A stretch of DNA of 64,000 nucleotides from Eledone cirrhosa (GCA_964016885.1 CAXHJY010000856.1:124001-188000); one strand, 5' to 3'; positions 1 through 20,398 are shown, counted from the stretch's first letter. The notes: generated by a model from the sequence alone, not told the origin. A program made the numbers and translations.

Positions 1-1436
1 TGTTTACGTATATATATATATATATATATATACATATACTACTCTATTACATGTTCCAGCTGACAGATTGAGGCCATGCTGGGGCACAGCCATTAAAAAA
101 TAAGCCATTCCCATATATATACATTTAAAAACACACACACAAACTGCGACAACCAGTGCTAGCATAGAAAGCAAATGTAAAATGATGATGATATACAATA
201 TATGTGTGTGTGTGACTCAAAAGGACAAGGACATATTTAATATATTTGTTGGTTAAGTATGAAGCACACTAGGCTACTTGCTGATCGTATGTTCAATCCC
301 TACGTTAGCCTGCCTATATATCTCACTCACGAGTCGAGATTTGTCTCGATTTACCATTATCACTCCAAGATCCATTAAATTTCCTCCCGTGTCAGCACAC
401 AGCATATCCAGATACATTGTTGCAGGACAACGTCTACTTCTATATATATTCTAGTCAAAATGGAACAAACAAGCTAACCAAATATATTTTTTAGAAAATG
501 AAATTTACTGCTCACACCTATATAAGTTTAGCTGGCCTCCTACAAGATTGTATCTTATAGGTGGTTTCTAAAGTGTTTTGACAGGAGCCCCAGTCTAGTT
601 AGGAAAAGGAACATGAAATGAAACATAAGAACACATTATGCCACCCAATCTAGGAACAAACCATACAAACTTATAATCGTGAATCCAACACCCTAACCAC
701 TGTGCAATGTGCCTAAAAAAGTCTGTTCCAAGCCCAGAGGCTCACCACACAAGGCTCATCAGACAAGACTTGTTTCAACGGCGTTTACGCATCTGAGATT
801 ACAACACTTCCCTCCTGGACATGATACCAGTCTATCATAGGGTTAACTTCCAGCTACTGTTGGCACTAATTTTTAACTGGCTTGACTAGAACAATGTAAA
901 ATGAAGTGTTTTGTTGAAGAACAGTACAACACAGTCCAGGAATTGAACATGACACTATAGTTGTAAGTAACTAGTTAACTAATACGAAGACATCCTAGTC
1001 ATGGACAACAAAAAATAATCTGACACTCCTTGTGGTTTAAATAAAGAATTTGGTTTGAAATTCCAAAAACATTATCAAGTATCACAAGTACCTACAGAAT
1101 TGCTGGATGATACAACAGCTAAAACATTGTGATTGTAACAACCAACATGAGGATACTAGTCTGAATAAATAAGATTATAACATACATAAAATACACATGT
1201 GTATGTATGCATGTGCATGTTTGCATACACACAGACACCTATATGCCTACAACACCACTGGTACAAACATGTGCGATGTTTACTTGAACTGGCAGACTCA
1301 CTATCTGTACTAAACAATATCTACATACAGATATATCTATACACAAAATACACACATATATACAGGGTGTCCCAAAATATATATACACATTTCAACAGCA
1401 TTCTAATAAATATCTGTATACATTCTTTTGAAACAC

Positions 1437-1468
<32 letters not shown>

Positions 1469-1830
1469 ATGTAGGAGGTGAGTTTTATTGTAGCACAATA
1501 AAGCAATGTAAATATCGGATTAGTAGCACTCTACAGTTTATAGGACTGGAGTATGAATAATATAAGATCAAAAGATGGTTAAAAGAGTTCCAAGTATTTT
1601 ATTATGCGCATTTCAAAAACAAATATCATCATGAGATGATATCTGCGTTTTCATCAGATAAAATAGGGATACATGATATGAAGGTTAAAAAACACTTGTG
1701 AATAGTGAAGTTTTAAATCAACATATGTTGATTTAAAACTTCACTATTCACAAGTGTTTTTTAACCTTTTTTGAAATGCGCATAATAAAATACTTGGAAC
1801 TCTTTTAACCATCTTTTGATCTTATATTAT
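1469..1830 (-). mobile_element. Palindromic Penelope-like pLTR remnant (family A) with hammerhead
   Basis: Arms about 1557-1724 and 1725-1830 fold at CATATG; the right arm lacks about 60 nt. Homologous to 52307-52722 in the opposite orientation. Confidence 0.7.
1595..1665 (-). ncRNA. Type-I hammerhead ribozyme motif (family A)
   Basis: Minus strand: UAUUUUAU-CUGAUGA-long stem II (CAGAUAUCAUC/GAUGAUAUUUG)-GAAA-UGCGCA-UA-AUAAAAUA. 8-bp stem I, palindromic stem III, AUA cleavage triplet. Confidence 0.8.
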
Positions 1831-1949
1831 ATATATATATATATAGAAACACACACACACATACAATATATGTATGCATACATACAGGCACATATATACA
1901 CATACAGAATCCCTACCATCCCACTAGTACAAAAATCTGTAAGGTTTAC

Positions 1950-2999
1950 CTGAACTGACAGATTCACTGTCTGTACTAAACAGCCAATCAAGCCCAACAA
2001 GGCTGCTCTGTTGGGAGTTGGTAGACTCCACCTTCTTTTCATCTGATCCCTGCAGGAGTCGCATGAAACGGAACACACCCGAATCTCGACTTTTTGAAGA
2101 TGGAGGCACACTAGATGTCACTGCTGTTCCTGCAGTGGTTGCAATTGTTGTTGTGACCGTCGTCGTTGCAACTGCACCATTTATGACCTGCGTGGTCTCG
2201 GCAATGGTGCGGCCGGCCCCCAGACGCTGACCGTAACTGACAGCACCGGAGAATGTTCGTTTATTGTGACGAATGTCTTTGAGGCCGTTAAAAATATCCC
2301 CAACATTCCTATCCAGCGGCCCCTTGCAGCTCGCCGACTGCGGGATGTGTAGCGAGACAGGGTAGTGTTGCCCCATGGCTGGCGGGAAAGATGTTCTTTG
2401 AGATGGTTTAGCTTTGATCTCTGCCAGATACATGTTCTTCTTCTCTGTGCTGGCTGCTGGGGATCTCTTGTTAATCCACTTCCAGATCTTACGATCCAAG
2501 GACCGAGAACTTGTTGTGTTGCGGTGATGAAATGTGCTGTCGTCTGTATTCGTATCATCCGAATCAGCTTCCATACTTTCCACGTTGGCCTGTCGACACA
2601 ACAGGCGTTTCGGCTTGTCTTGTTCCAAACTGCTCGAATGACTTGCAGACATTCGGGAATTGCTACTATCCTTACTGTCGAGAGCCAACACTCTCGGCCT
2701 CTGGCGAGAAGCAATGGCACAGTCGAGTGAGCGCTGTAGCTGATGGTGTGACTGCGACCCACTGTGGTTGCTTCCTGCCACAGCCTGACCGTACCAGCTC
2801 TCCAGGGAGCTCTTTGTTCTGCGAACAGCTTTCCGCCTCTTCATGCGCGGCTCCGGAGAGAGTTCACTGTCAGCATCTACACGGTGACAGCCCTCCGGTG
2901 GTGTGGTGGTGTTCGACAAGGAGCTGCTTTTGCTCAGTTGCTGCTCGACATAGACTTTGGTTGTGATTTGATGGGGAAAGTTCGCCGACAGTTCATCAT
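1950..2999 (-). CDS. Probable internal coding exon of a host gene; Ser/Arg/Thr-rich, probably disordered, product not recognised
   Basis: GC-richer open frame within ORF 1924..3024. Pyrimidine tract plus acceptor (tctcttctttgttgcag|ATGATGAAC) at 3000/2999 and donor (TCAG|gtaaac) at 1950/1949. Length 1050 nt, phase 1 at both ends. Confidence 0.75.
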
Positions 3000-3174
3000 C
3001 TGCAACAAAGAAGAGATGAAACAATTACTGAAGAGATTCCCCCCCCCCCCCCCCTCCATCCACTGAACCCCACGTGGCACAACACACGGATGTAGAAGAT
3101 GTATATTTATGAATGGGTCACCGCGCACGTATGAGTGTATTATATAAATGGTGAGGCATATACACACACAACAA

Positions 3175-3217
<43 letters not shown>

Positions 3218-3911
3218 AAGATATATGTATATACCTATATGTACATTCATGTACATGCATATATAAACTTCTGAAAATATTTGTATGTGTTTGCATCCAT
3301 GTACACCCAAGCACAAATGTACAAACACACCCATACACACACGCATATGGTTATGTAGGCATAAATATATGTAAGTGCATATAAATAAATATTTATACTC
3401 ACACACACAAACATACAATTTTAAGCACATAATATATACATGGGTGCATATACATAGATACATACACATTCAAATATGAATTACTTTTTTTTTTATGTTG
3501 CCTATACACAAATATAAGCACACAGAAATATATACATACATAGAGATATGTGCACGCCCAGACATATATACATTCCTATATCTCATATGCACACACACAG
3601 TATGTGGGGAGCAGGATGGAGGATTGAAAACAAAGAAATGATATTTTATTTTTGAGAAAAGATATTTTATTTTTGACAATTTTATTTATTCACTTCCCTG
3701 CCTCATTCGCTATCCTTATATATATACACACACACACTTATATATACATACATTATATATATACAAATACATATACATATATATACATATACATTATATA
3801 TATACAAATACATATATATACATATACATTATATATATACATATATATATATACATATATACATATACATATATATATATACATATATATATATATACAT
3901 ATATATATATA

Positions 3912-6843
<2,932 letters not shown>

Positions 6844-6844
6844 C

Positions 6845-7220
6845 CTACGCCATTTTTATTCAGTCTGTCTATATAGACAGACTGAATAAAAATGGCGTAG
6901 ACATACAATACAACAGGAGGAAAATATAGCACCACTGACGATGATTTATGATAAACGAAAGATTTATGATAAACTATATATATGTGTTTGTGTCTATATT
7001 GTATCTGTATTATCTTTGACCGCCGGTCAGTCAATGGCAACATTGAGGACCAAGTATATTAGATTACCGATATAAAAGACACAGATGCGAGAAGCGAAAA
7101 CCAACCAAACAGTGAGTGTGTTCTGTTATTAATTCTGGCAATATTACACAAATATGACCCTCCCCAAGTATAACAATATTTGTTTAGACACACCTCGCAA
7201 AACCAATTCATCGCCGCCAC
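6845..7220 (+). mobile_element. Penelope-like pLTR fragment: 56-nt perfect palindrome, degenerate hammerhead core, then putative ORF start MTLPKYNNI
   Basis: 6845-6900 is a perfect palindrome. CTGACGA...GAAA at 6935-6960. AAAATGGCGTAG and ATGACCCTCCC(C/A)AAGTATAACAATA are shared with the GIY-YIG-linked element at 46243-46501. Confidence 0.6.
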
Positions 7221-7236
7221 ATATATATATATATAC

Positions 7237-7269
<33 letters not shown>

Positions 7270-7417
7270 CATACATATATATATATACATACATATATAT
7301 ATATATACACATATATATTATACACATATATATATCTATACAAATATATATATTATACACATATATATATATTATACACATATATATATATTATACACAT
7401 ATATATATATTATACAC

Positions 7418-7448
<31 letters not shown>

Positions 7449-7493
7449 TATATATATACAAATATATATATATACACATATATATATACATAC

Positions 7494-7542
<49 letters not shown>

Positions 7543-7544
7543 CG

Positions 7545-7595
<51 letters not shown>

Positions 7596-7871
7596 TTACA
7601 TATATATATATACATATATATACATATATATATATATACATATACATATATATACATATATATATATATATTTACATATATATATATACATATATATACA
7701 TATATATATATATACATATACATATATATATATATACATATACATATATACATATATATATATACATATATATATATACATATATATATATACATATATA
7801 TATACATATATATATATACATATATATATATACATATATATACATACATATATATACATATATATATATAC

Positions 7872-7902
<31 letters not shown>

Positions 7903-7919
7903 CATATATATATATGTAC

Positions 7920-7988
<69 letters not shown>

Positions 7989-8005
7989 CATATATATATA
8001 TGTAC

Positions 8006-8092
<87 letters not shown>

Positions 8093-8099
8093 CATATAC

Positions 8100-8148
<49 letters not shown>

Positions 8149-8155
8149 CATATAC

Positions 8156-8210
<55 letters not shown>

Positions 8211-8249
8211 CATATACATATATATACATATACATATATATACATATAC

Positions 8250-8298
<49 letters not shown>

Positions 8299-8305
8299 CA
8301 TATAC

Positions 8306-8360
<55 letters not shown>

Positions 8361-8399
8361 CATATACATATATATACATATACATATATATACATATAC

Positions 8400-8450
<51 letters not shown>

Positions 8451-8463
8451 CATATATATATAC

Positions 8464-8496
<33 letters not shown>

Positions 8497-8497
8497 C

Positions 8498-8580
<83 letters not shown>

Positions 8581-8597
8581 CATATATATATATATAC

Positions 8598-8742
<145 letters not shown>

Positions 8743-8851
8743 CATATATATACATATATATATATATATACATATATATACATATATATATATATACATA
8801 TATATACATATATACATATATATACATATATATATATATACATATATATAC

Positions 8852-8902
<51 letters not shown>

Positions 8903-8985
8903 CATATATATATACATATATATATATATACATACATATATATATATACATACATATATATATATACATACATATATATATATAC

Positions 8986-9016
<31 letters not shown>

Positions 9017-9017
9017 C

Positions 9018-9098
<81 letters not shown>

Positions 9099-9151
9099 CA
9101 TATATATACATATATATATATACATATATATATATACATATATATATATAC

Positions 9152-9182
<31 letters not shown>

Positions 9183-9183
9183 C

Positions 9184-9232
<49 letters not shown>

Positions 9233-9245
9233 TATATACATATAC

Positions 9246-9350
<105 letters not shown>

Positions 9351-9365
9351 TATATACATATATAT

Positions 9366-9367
<2 letters not shown>

Positions 9368-9396
<29 letters not shown>

Positions 9397-11162
9397 GGTT
9401 TAGCGTCCGTGTTCCACGCTTGCATGGGTTTGGACGGGGGTTTTCCCACTTGAGGCAAGAGTGGTTGTCTTGCTCGCATAGGACTGTCTGGCGGGTTTTC
9501 TACAGCTAGATGCCCTTCCTAACACCAACCACATTTACAGTGTGGGGCTGGGAGGTTTTTACCGTGTTGCCTACACGGCCACATTACAGCGTGGACTGTC
9601 TGGCGGGTTTTCTACAGCTGGATGCCCTTCTTAACACCAACCACATTTACAGTGTGGGGCTGGGAGGTTTTTACCGTGTTGCCTACAAAGCCACATTTAC
9701 AGCGTGGACTGTGTGTTTTTTTGTCGTGACACATACACGATCTCATTTGTTTCGGCCTGGATGTTGTGGGACCAACATAACTTTACATTGAAAGGGGCGG
9801 TGTGGATGGGGTGGAGGTGGTGGGACGGGGGTGTGTTTCGTTAGAGATGCCTACTGGTTGTAGTAGGTTTTATTATGTATTTAGGTAAGGCGGGTCTTCT
9901 CTGTTACTGAGTACCGCCAAAGGTCTCGGTCCAGTGACATTGTCTTGGAGAGGTGTAAGTGTGTGAGGTCAGAGTTTATCAGCTCGTCCCAGGTTTTTCT
10001 AGGTCTGCCTATTCCGTGGCTACCGTCTATCTTTATTGCCCTGCACTTTGTAATACAGCTATCGACTTTCATGCGTATCACGTGTCCATACCAACGTAGC
10101 CTTCTCTCAAGTAAACAACATCTGATCCCTCTTATTTCTAATATTTTCCTTAGTTCGTTTATGCTTTGCCGTTCACGTATATTACTGTTACACATCCAGC
10201 GGAGCATGCAAGCTTCGTTCCTCTCTAGTCTGCGTATATCCTCTGCACACAATGCCCAGGTCTCACTGCCGTGCAACATTGCTGTTCGTATGCAGGCATC
10301 GTACAACCTGCCTTTCATTTTTAGGGAGAACCCTTTAGCAGCTAATAGTGGTATGAGCTCTCTGAACTTTTTCCAACCAGTTCTGACTCTAGCTACTGTA
10401 CTTTCAGAGCACCCTCCCCCACTGCTGATTTTATCACCCAGGTAACGGAAGCTGTCCACTATTTCTATAGAACCCTCTGCGCAATTGAAAGAGCTAGTAT
10501 TTTGTGGGCACTTGCTGCTACTTATTGCACCAGAGCACCGGCCACATGTAAAATCTATGTTCTTAGTTAGCTTACCTGTGATCCCACTACATCTTTTATG
10601 CACCCATACTTTGCATTTAGGACATAAAATGGAGTTTCTACCTACGCCTTTCCTACACACCGAGCACGACCATTTCCCTGAAGGGACCGCCGCCTTATTT
10701 TCTTTCCTACATACTAGAACTTTAGTCTTAGCCAGGATAATTTTAAGGCCTTTTGATTCTAGGCCGTGCTTCCATGTTTGGAATTTCTTCTCTAGCTCGG
10801 CCATTGATTCCGCTATGAGTGTCAGGTCGTCTGCGTATAGGAGTTCCCATGGGCAGCCGGTCTTGAACTCCTCCGTTATAGCCTGAAGGGCAATAATAAA
10901 TAGTAGGGGGCTGAGAACAGAGCCCTGATGGACACCAACTTTTACACTAAACTCTTCACTATATTCGTTGTTAATTCTAACCTTGCTGACTGTTTCTTTA
11001 TACATGGCTTGTATAGCTCTCACAAGCCATTCGTCAACGCCTAGTTTTTTAAGAGCCCACCAGATAATGGAGCGGGGGACTCTGTCGAAGGCTTTCTCCA
11101 AGTCCACAAAAGCTAAGTAGAGGGGTTTACCTTTAGCTAGGTACTTCTCCTGTAGTTGTCGT
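9368..11162 (-). mobile_element. 5'-truncated RTE-clade LINE (RT C-terminal half, PHD finger, 3' UTR, (ATG)n tail)
   Basis: Motifs [54 protein letters not shown]; (CAT)n at 9368-9395. Confidence 0.95.
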
Positions 11163-11407
11163 ATATATATATACATATATATATATATACATATATATAC
11201 ATATATATACATATATATACATACATATATATACATATATATACATATATATATATACATATACATATATATACATATATACATATACATATATATATAT
11301 ACATATACATATATACATATACATATATATATATACATATATATACATATATATATACATATATATATATATATACATATATATACATATATATATACAT
11401 ATATATA

Positions 11408-11458
11408 TGGGAACCAGTAAGACCCCGACAGCTGAGCTCAAGCCGTTTCGACAGCTAA
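11408..11458 (-). ncRNA. Isolated 3' half of a hammerhead motif
   Basis: Minus strand GAAAC-GGC-U-UGAGCUCA-GCU-GUC: stem III with palindromic centre and GUC triplet. The CUGANGA half is absent and microsatellite lies in its place. Confidence 0.4.
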
Positions 11459-11499
11459 TATATATACATATATATACATATATATATACATATATATAC

Positions 11500-11922
<423 letters not shown>

Positions 11923-11951
11923 CATATATATAAATATATACAAATATATAC

Positions 11952-11986
<35 letters not shown>

Positions 11987-12125
11987 CATATATATACATA
12001 TATATACATATATATACACATATATATACATATATATACATATATATACATATATATATACATATATATACATATATATATATATATATACATATATATA
12101 CATATATATATATACATATATATAC

Positions 12126-12158
<33 letters not shown>

Positions 12159-12287
12159 CATACATACATATATATATATACATATATATACATATATATA
12201 TATATATATACATACATATATATATACACATACATATATATATATACATACATATATATATATATATATACATACATATATATATAC

Positions 12288-12875
12288 ATGGTGGCTGCCA
12301 ACTCGTTTTCGAGTACGGCCACTACTTTATATCCATGTTGGAGAACTCCTACCGATGCTCTGAATGAGTGACTTTTTAGTCCAGCCAGCAACTTGAAAAC
12401 TCTGGTACAAATACTACACTTGTGACAATTATTGACACATAGTGCTGGGCCAATGGTACCATGTGACGACAAGTGCAAAGAGATCTCCAGATATAAAGCA
12501 ATGCCTGTGCCGTGAAGCTTTTATAGTGAGCAAAGGCACTGCACAAAGCCAGTCCCACTCTCTTAACCAAGATGATATTTACCAAAAAGAAGAACATGTC
12601 AACATCATTGGATACCATCAGAGTTTTCCTTCTCCTAGAATTCTGCCTTGACAAAGGCTAAGGGGTCATCTCTCCCGGTGATTTTGGATGGCCATTGACT
12701 CTTAAGAGCTCCTTTGCCCTTTGACAGGTTTTGTTTTTAGTCCTGCAGGATGTCCAAAGTCACCCTCCTCACCAAGAAACCTTGGTGGGGTTGCCAGTTT
12801 AGTCGCCAACGACCCGACCATGAGACAGGTTGCACTGGGATACATGTTACCAGTAGCACCAACTGGTGACCTGAC
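12288..12875 (-). mobile_element. Internally deleted (bipartite) RTE-like element, copy 1
   Basis: Minus strand has a 5'-UTR-like segment joined to a C-terminal CxxC...LAGLKSH zinc-finger remnant; near-duplicate at 13178-13715. Confidence 0.55.
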
Positions 12876-13016
12876 ATATGTATATATATATATATGTATG
12901 TATATATATATATGTATGTATATATATATATATGTATGTATGTATATATATATATATACATACATATATATATACATACATACATATATACATACATACA
13001 TATATATATATATATG

Positions 13017-13049
<33 letters not shown>

Positions 13050-13109
13050 ATACATACATATATACATATATATATACATACATATATATATACATACATA
13101 CATATATAT

Positions 13110-13176
<67 letters not shown>

Positions 13177-13177
13177 C

Positions 13178-13715
13178 ATGGTGGCTGCCAACTCGTTTTC
13201 GAGTACGGCCACTACTTTACATCCATGTAGGATAACCCCTACCGAAGCGCTGAACGAGTGTGACTTTTTAGTCCAGCCAGCGACTTGAAACCTCTGGTAC
13301 AAACACCACACCTGTGACAACCATTGACACATAGTGCTAGGCCCATGGTAGGACAACCATTGACACATAGTGCTGGGCCCATGTGAGGACAAGTGCAGAG
13401 AGATCTCCAGATATAAAGCAATGCCTGTGCCGTGAAGCTTTTATAGTGAGCAAAGGCACTGCACAAAGCCAGTCCCACTCTCTTAACCAAGATGCTATTT
13501 ACCAAAAAGAAGAACAAGTCAACATCATTGGATACCATCAGGGTTGCAGGTGTTATATCAGAGTTTTCCTTCTCCTAGAATTCTGCCTTGACTAAGGCTA
13601 AAGGGGTCATCTCTCCCGGTGATTTTGGATGGCCATTGACTCTTAAGAGCTCCTTTGCCCTTTGACAGGTTTTATTTTTAGTCCTGCAGGACTGGTGAGG
13701 AGGGTGACTTTGGAC
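13178..13715 (-). mobile_element. Bipartite RTE-like element, copy 2, with short 5' inversion
   Basis: Aligns by eye with 12288-12750; [17 protein letters not shown] remnant; 13693-13715 is the reverse complement of 12752-12774. Confidence 0.55.
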
Positions 13716-13766
13716 ATATACATACATATATATACATATATATATATACATACATATATACATACA

Positions 13767-13802
<36 letters not shown>

Positions 13803-13891
13803 CATACATATATATATACATACATATATACATACATATATATATACATATATACATACATACATATATATATACATATATACATACATAC

Positions 13892-13942
<51 letters not shown>

Positions 13943-14836
13943 CATATACATATATATATATACATACATATATACATACATATATACATACATATATACA
14001 TACATATATACATATACATATATATATATACATATATATATACATATATATATACATACATATATATACATATATATACATATATATATACATACATATA
14101 TACATACATATATATACATATATATACATACATATATATATACATATATATACATACATATATATATACATATATATATATACATATATATATACATATA
14201 TATATATACATATATATATACATATATATATATACATATATATATATACATATACATATATACATATACATATATACATATATATATACATATATATACA
14301 TACATATATATACCATATATATACATATATATATACATATATATACATACATATATATATACATATATATACATACATATATATATACATATATATATAC
14401 ATATATATATACATATATATATACATATATATATACATATATATATACATATACGTATATACATATACGTATATACATATATATACATACATATATATAT
14501 ACATATATATATACATATATATATATACGTATATACATATATATATATATACATATATATATACATACATATATACATATACATATATATATACATATAT
14601 ATATATATACACATATATATATATATACATATATATACATATACATATATATACATATATACATATATATACATATACATATATACATATATACATATAT
14701 ACGTATATATACATATACATATATATATATACATACATATATATACATATATACATATATATATACATATATATACATATACATACATATATATACATAT
14801 ACATATATACATATATATATATATATACATATATAC

Positions 14837-14882
<46 letters not shown>

Positions 14883-14920
14883 ATATATATACATATACAT
14901 ACATACATATATATATATAC

Positions 14921-14989
<69 letters not shown>

Positions 14990-15025
14990 CATATATATAT
15001 ATACATATATATATATACATATATA

Positions 15026-15058
<33 letters not shown>

Positions 15059-15179
15059 ATACATATACATATATACATATATATATATACATATATATAC
15101 ATATATATATATACATATATATATATACACATATATATATATACACATATATATATATACATATATATATATACACATA

Positions 15180-15211
<32 letters not shown>

Positions 15212-15278
15212 CATATATATACATATATATATATATACATATATATACATATATATATATATACATATATATACATAC

Positions 15279-15309
<31 letters not shown>

Positions 15310-15310
15310 C

Positions 15311-15341
<31 letters not shown>

Positions 15342-15344
15342 CAC

Positions 15345-15375
<31 letters not shown>

Positions 15376-15479
15376 CATATATATACATATATATATATAT
15401 ACATATATATACATATAAATATATATATATATACATATATATACATATATATATATATACATATATATACATATAAATA

Positions 15480-15519
<40 letters not shown>

Positions 15520-15638
15520 CATATATATACATATATATATATATACATATATATACATATATATATATACATATATACATATATATACATATATATATAT
15601 ATACATATATATACATATAAATATATATATATATATAC

Positions 15639-15714
<76 letters not shown>

Positions 15715-16106
15715 ATATATACATATATATACATATATATATATATACATACATATATATATATATACATATATACATATATATACATATATATATACAC
15801 ATATATATATATACATATATATATACACATATATATATATATACATACATATATATATATACATATATATATACACATATATATATATATACACATATAT
15901 ATATATACATATATATATATATACATATATATATATGTATATATATATATGTATATATATATATGTATATATATATATGTATATATATATATGTATATAT
16001 ATATATGTATATATATATATGTATATATATACATATGTATATATATACATATATATATATATATGTATATATATACATATATATATACATATACATATAT
16101 ATATAC

Positions 16107-16171
<65 letters not shown>

Positions 16172-16230
16172 CATATATATATATACATATATGTATATAT
16201 ATATATGTATATATATACATATATATATAC

Positions 16231-16299
<69 letters not shown>

Positions 16300-16314
16300 C
16301 ATATATATATATAC

Positions 16315-16361
<47 letters not shown>

Positions 16362-16398
16362 CATACATATATATATACATATATATATATATACATAC

Positions 16399-16444
<46 letters not shown>

Positions 16445-16490
16445 ATATATACATATACATATATATATATATACATATATATACATATAC

Positions 16491-16537
<47 letters not shown>

Positions 16538-17041
16538 CATATATATACATATACATCTCTATATACACATATATACATATATATATATACATATAGACAT
16601 ATACATATATACATCTATATAGACATATACATATATACATATATATAGACATATACATATATACATATATATACATATATATATACATATATATATACAT
16701 ATATATACATATATATATACATATATACATATATATATACATATACACATATATACATATACATATATATATACACATATATACATATATATACATATAC
16801 ATATATATATATATATCTATATATATACACATTATATATATATATATCTATATATACACATATATATATATATATCTCTATATATACACATATATATATA
16901 CATATATATACATACACATATATATATACATATATATACATACACATATATATATACATATATATACACATATATATACATATATATATTTACATATGTA
17001 TATATATATATACATACATACATATACATATATATACATAT

Positions 17042-17607
17042 AGTGTCAAACTAACCACGGAGCTTGAGGCAATCCAGCGAAGCTACACCAAGAGGATTGC
17101 CAAGATGAGGGAGACAAGCTACTGGGAGAGGCTAAAGGAACTGAACTTCTACTACTTGGAGCGAAGACGGGAGAGATACGCAGTGATCTACATGTGGAAA
17201 ATCCTGGAGGGACTAGCACCAAACTTTGGCATTGGGAGCTGGACCAACCGTCGAACAGGACGTCACTGTGTGGTGCCAAAGGTCCCGTCTTCCACATCTA
17301 GAATAAGGAGCAGGTATTGCAATAGCCTGGGATTCAAGGGCCCTCAACTCTTCAACAGGCTGCCGAGGCATCTGCGAGACTTGCATGACGTGGAGGTGGA
17401 TGTCTTTAAGAAACATCTCGACACCTTGTTATCCAGGATCCCGGATGAGCCCACAGCAAGACACGAGGGAAACCTAAGGGCAGCAGCAACAAACTCCCTC
17501 CTACACCAGTGGCCAAGCTATACAGGCTGGAGATAAAATGTGTAGCAACAAGGGCGGTGCCCCAGCATGGCCTCAGCCGGATGGCTGAAACAGGTAAAAG
17601 AGTAAGA

Positions 17608-17609
<2 letters not shown>
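17042..17609 (+). mobile_element. 3' fragment of a CR1-group LINE (family A) with tail
   Basis: [49 protein letters not shown]; tail GGCGGTGCCCCAGCATGGCC...GAAACAGGTAAAAGAG. Confidence 0.85.
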
Positions 17610-17648
<39 letters not shown>

Positions 17649-17763
17649 CATACATATATATATACATATACATATATATATACATATACATATATATATA
17701 CATATACATATATATATATATTACATATATATATACATATACATATATATATATATACATATA

Positions 17764-17815
<52 letters not shown>

Positions 17816-17816
17816 C

Positions 17817-17847
<31 letters not shown>

Positions 17848-17858
17848 CATATATATAC

Positions 17859-17953
<95 letters not shown>

Positions 17954-18010
17954 CATATATATATATACATATATATATATACATATATATATATACATAT
18001 ATATATATAC

Positions 18011-18328
<318 letters not shown>

Positions 18329-18332
18329 ATAC

Positions 18333-18363
<31 letters not shown>

Positions 18364-18378
18364 CATATATATATATAC

Positions 18379-18409
<31 letters not shown>

Positions 18410-18422
18410 CATATATATATAC

Positions 18423-18478
<56 letters not shown>

Positions 18479-18483
<5 letters not shown>

Positions 18484-18533
18484 TATTTGGGGAGGGTCAT
18501 ATTTGTGTAATATTGCCAGAATTAATAACATTA
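18479..18533 (-). mobile_element. Short PLE ORF-start fragment (MTLPKYN), repeated at about 21899-21955 and 27501-27558
   Basis: Reverse complement of about 7124-7178. Confidence 0.6.
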
Positions 18534-18993
18534 ATATATATATATATATACACATATATATATATACATATACATATATATATATATACACACATATATA
18601 TACACATATATATATATATATCTATACATATATATATATATATACATATATACACATATATATATATATCTATACATATATATATCTATACATATATATA
18701 TATATATATACATATACATACATATATATATATATATATACATATATATATCTCTACATATATATACATATATATACATATACATACATATATATATATA
18801 TATATATACACATATATATATATATACACATATATATATATATATATATATACATATATACATATATATACATATATCTATACATATATATATCTACATA
18901 TATACATATATATACATATATATACATATATCTATACATATATATATCTATACATATATATATATATACATATATATATATACATATATATAC

Positions 18994-19040
<47 letters not shown>

Positions 19041-19069
19041 CATATATATATATACATATATATATATAC

Positions 19070-19188
<119 letters not shown>

Positions 19189-19239
19189 CATATATATATA
19201 TACATATATATATATATACATATATATATACATATATAC

Positions 19240-19356
<117 letters not shown>

Positions 19357-19375
19357 CATATATTATATATATACA

Positions 19376-19411
<36 letters not shown>

Positions 19412-19600
19412 CATATCTATATATATATATACATATCTATATATATACATATATATATATATATACATATCTATATATATACATATATATATATATATAC
19501 ATATCTATATATATATACATATATATATATATACATATATATACATATATATATATATATACATATATATACATATATATATATATATACATATATATAC

Positions 19601-19709
<109 letters not shown>

Positions 19710-19738
19710 CATATATATACATATATACATATATATAC

Positions 19739-19831
<93 letters not shown>

Positions 19832-19842
19832 CATACATATAC

Positions 19843-19940
<98 letters not shown>

Positions 19941-20398
19941 ATATATACATATATATACATATACATATATATATTACATATTATATATATATATACATAT
20001 ATATATATATACATATATATACATATACATCTCTATATACACATATATACATATATATATATATACATATAGACATATACATATATACATCTATATAGAC
20101 ATATACATATATACATATATATAGACATATACATATATACATATATATATACATATATATATACATATATATACATATATATACATATATATACATATAT
20201 ATATACATATATACATATATATATACATATATATATACACATATATACATATACATATACACATATATACATATATATACATATACATATATATATATAT
20301 ATTTATATATATACACATATATATATATATATCTCTATATATACACATATATATATACATATATATACATACACATATATATATACATATATATACAC

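Noticed and set aside
54-960. Old SINE and LINE tail traces (54-90, 150-192, 660-715, 800-960)
   Set aside because: Too degraded to delimit or classify reliably by eye.
9490-9715. Repeat-spacer-like units resembling a CRISPR array
   Set aside because: These are tandem duplications in the RTE 3' UTR; eukaryotic context and no unique spacers.
9945-10886. Plus-strand ORFs of 166 and 133 aa (mirrored at 41639-42580)
   Set aside because: Antisense shadows of the RTE reading frame.
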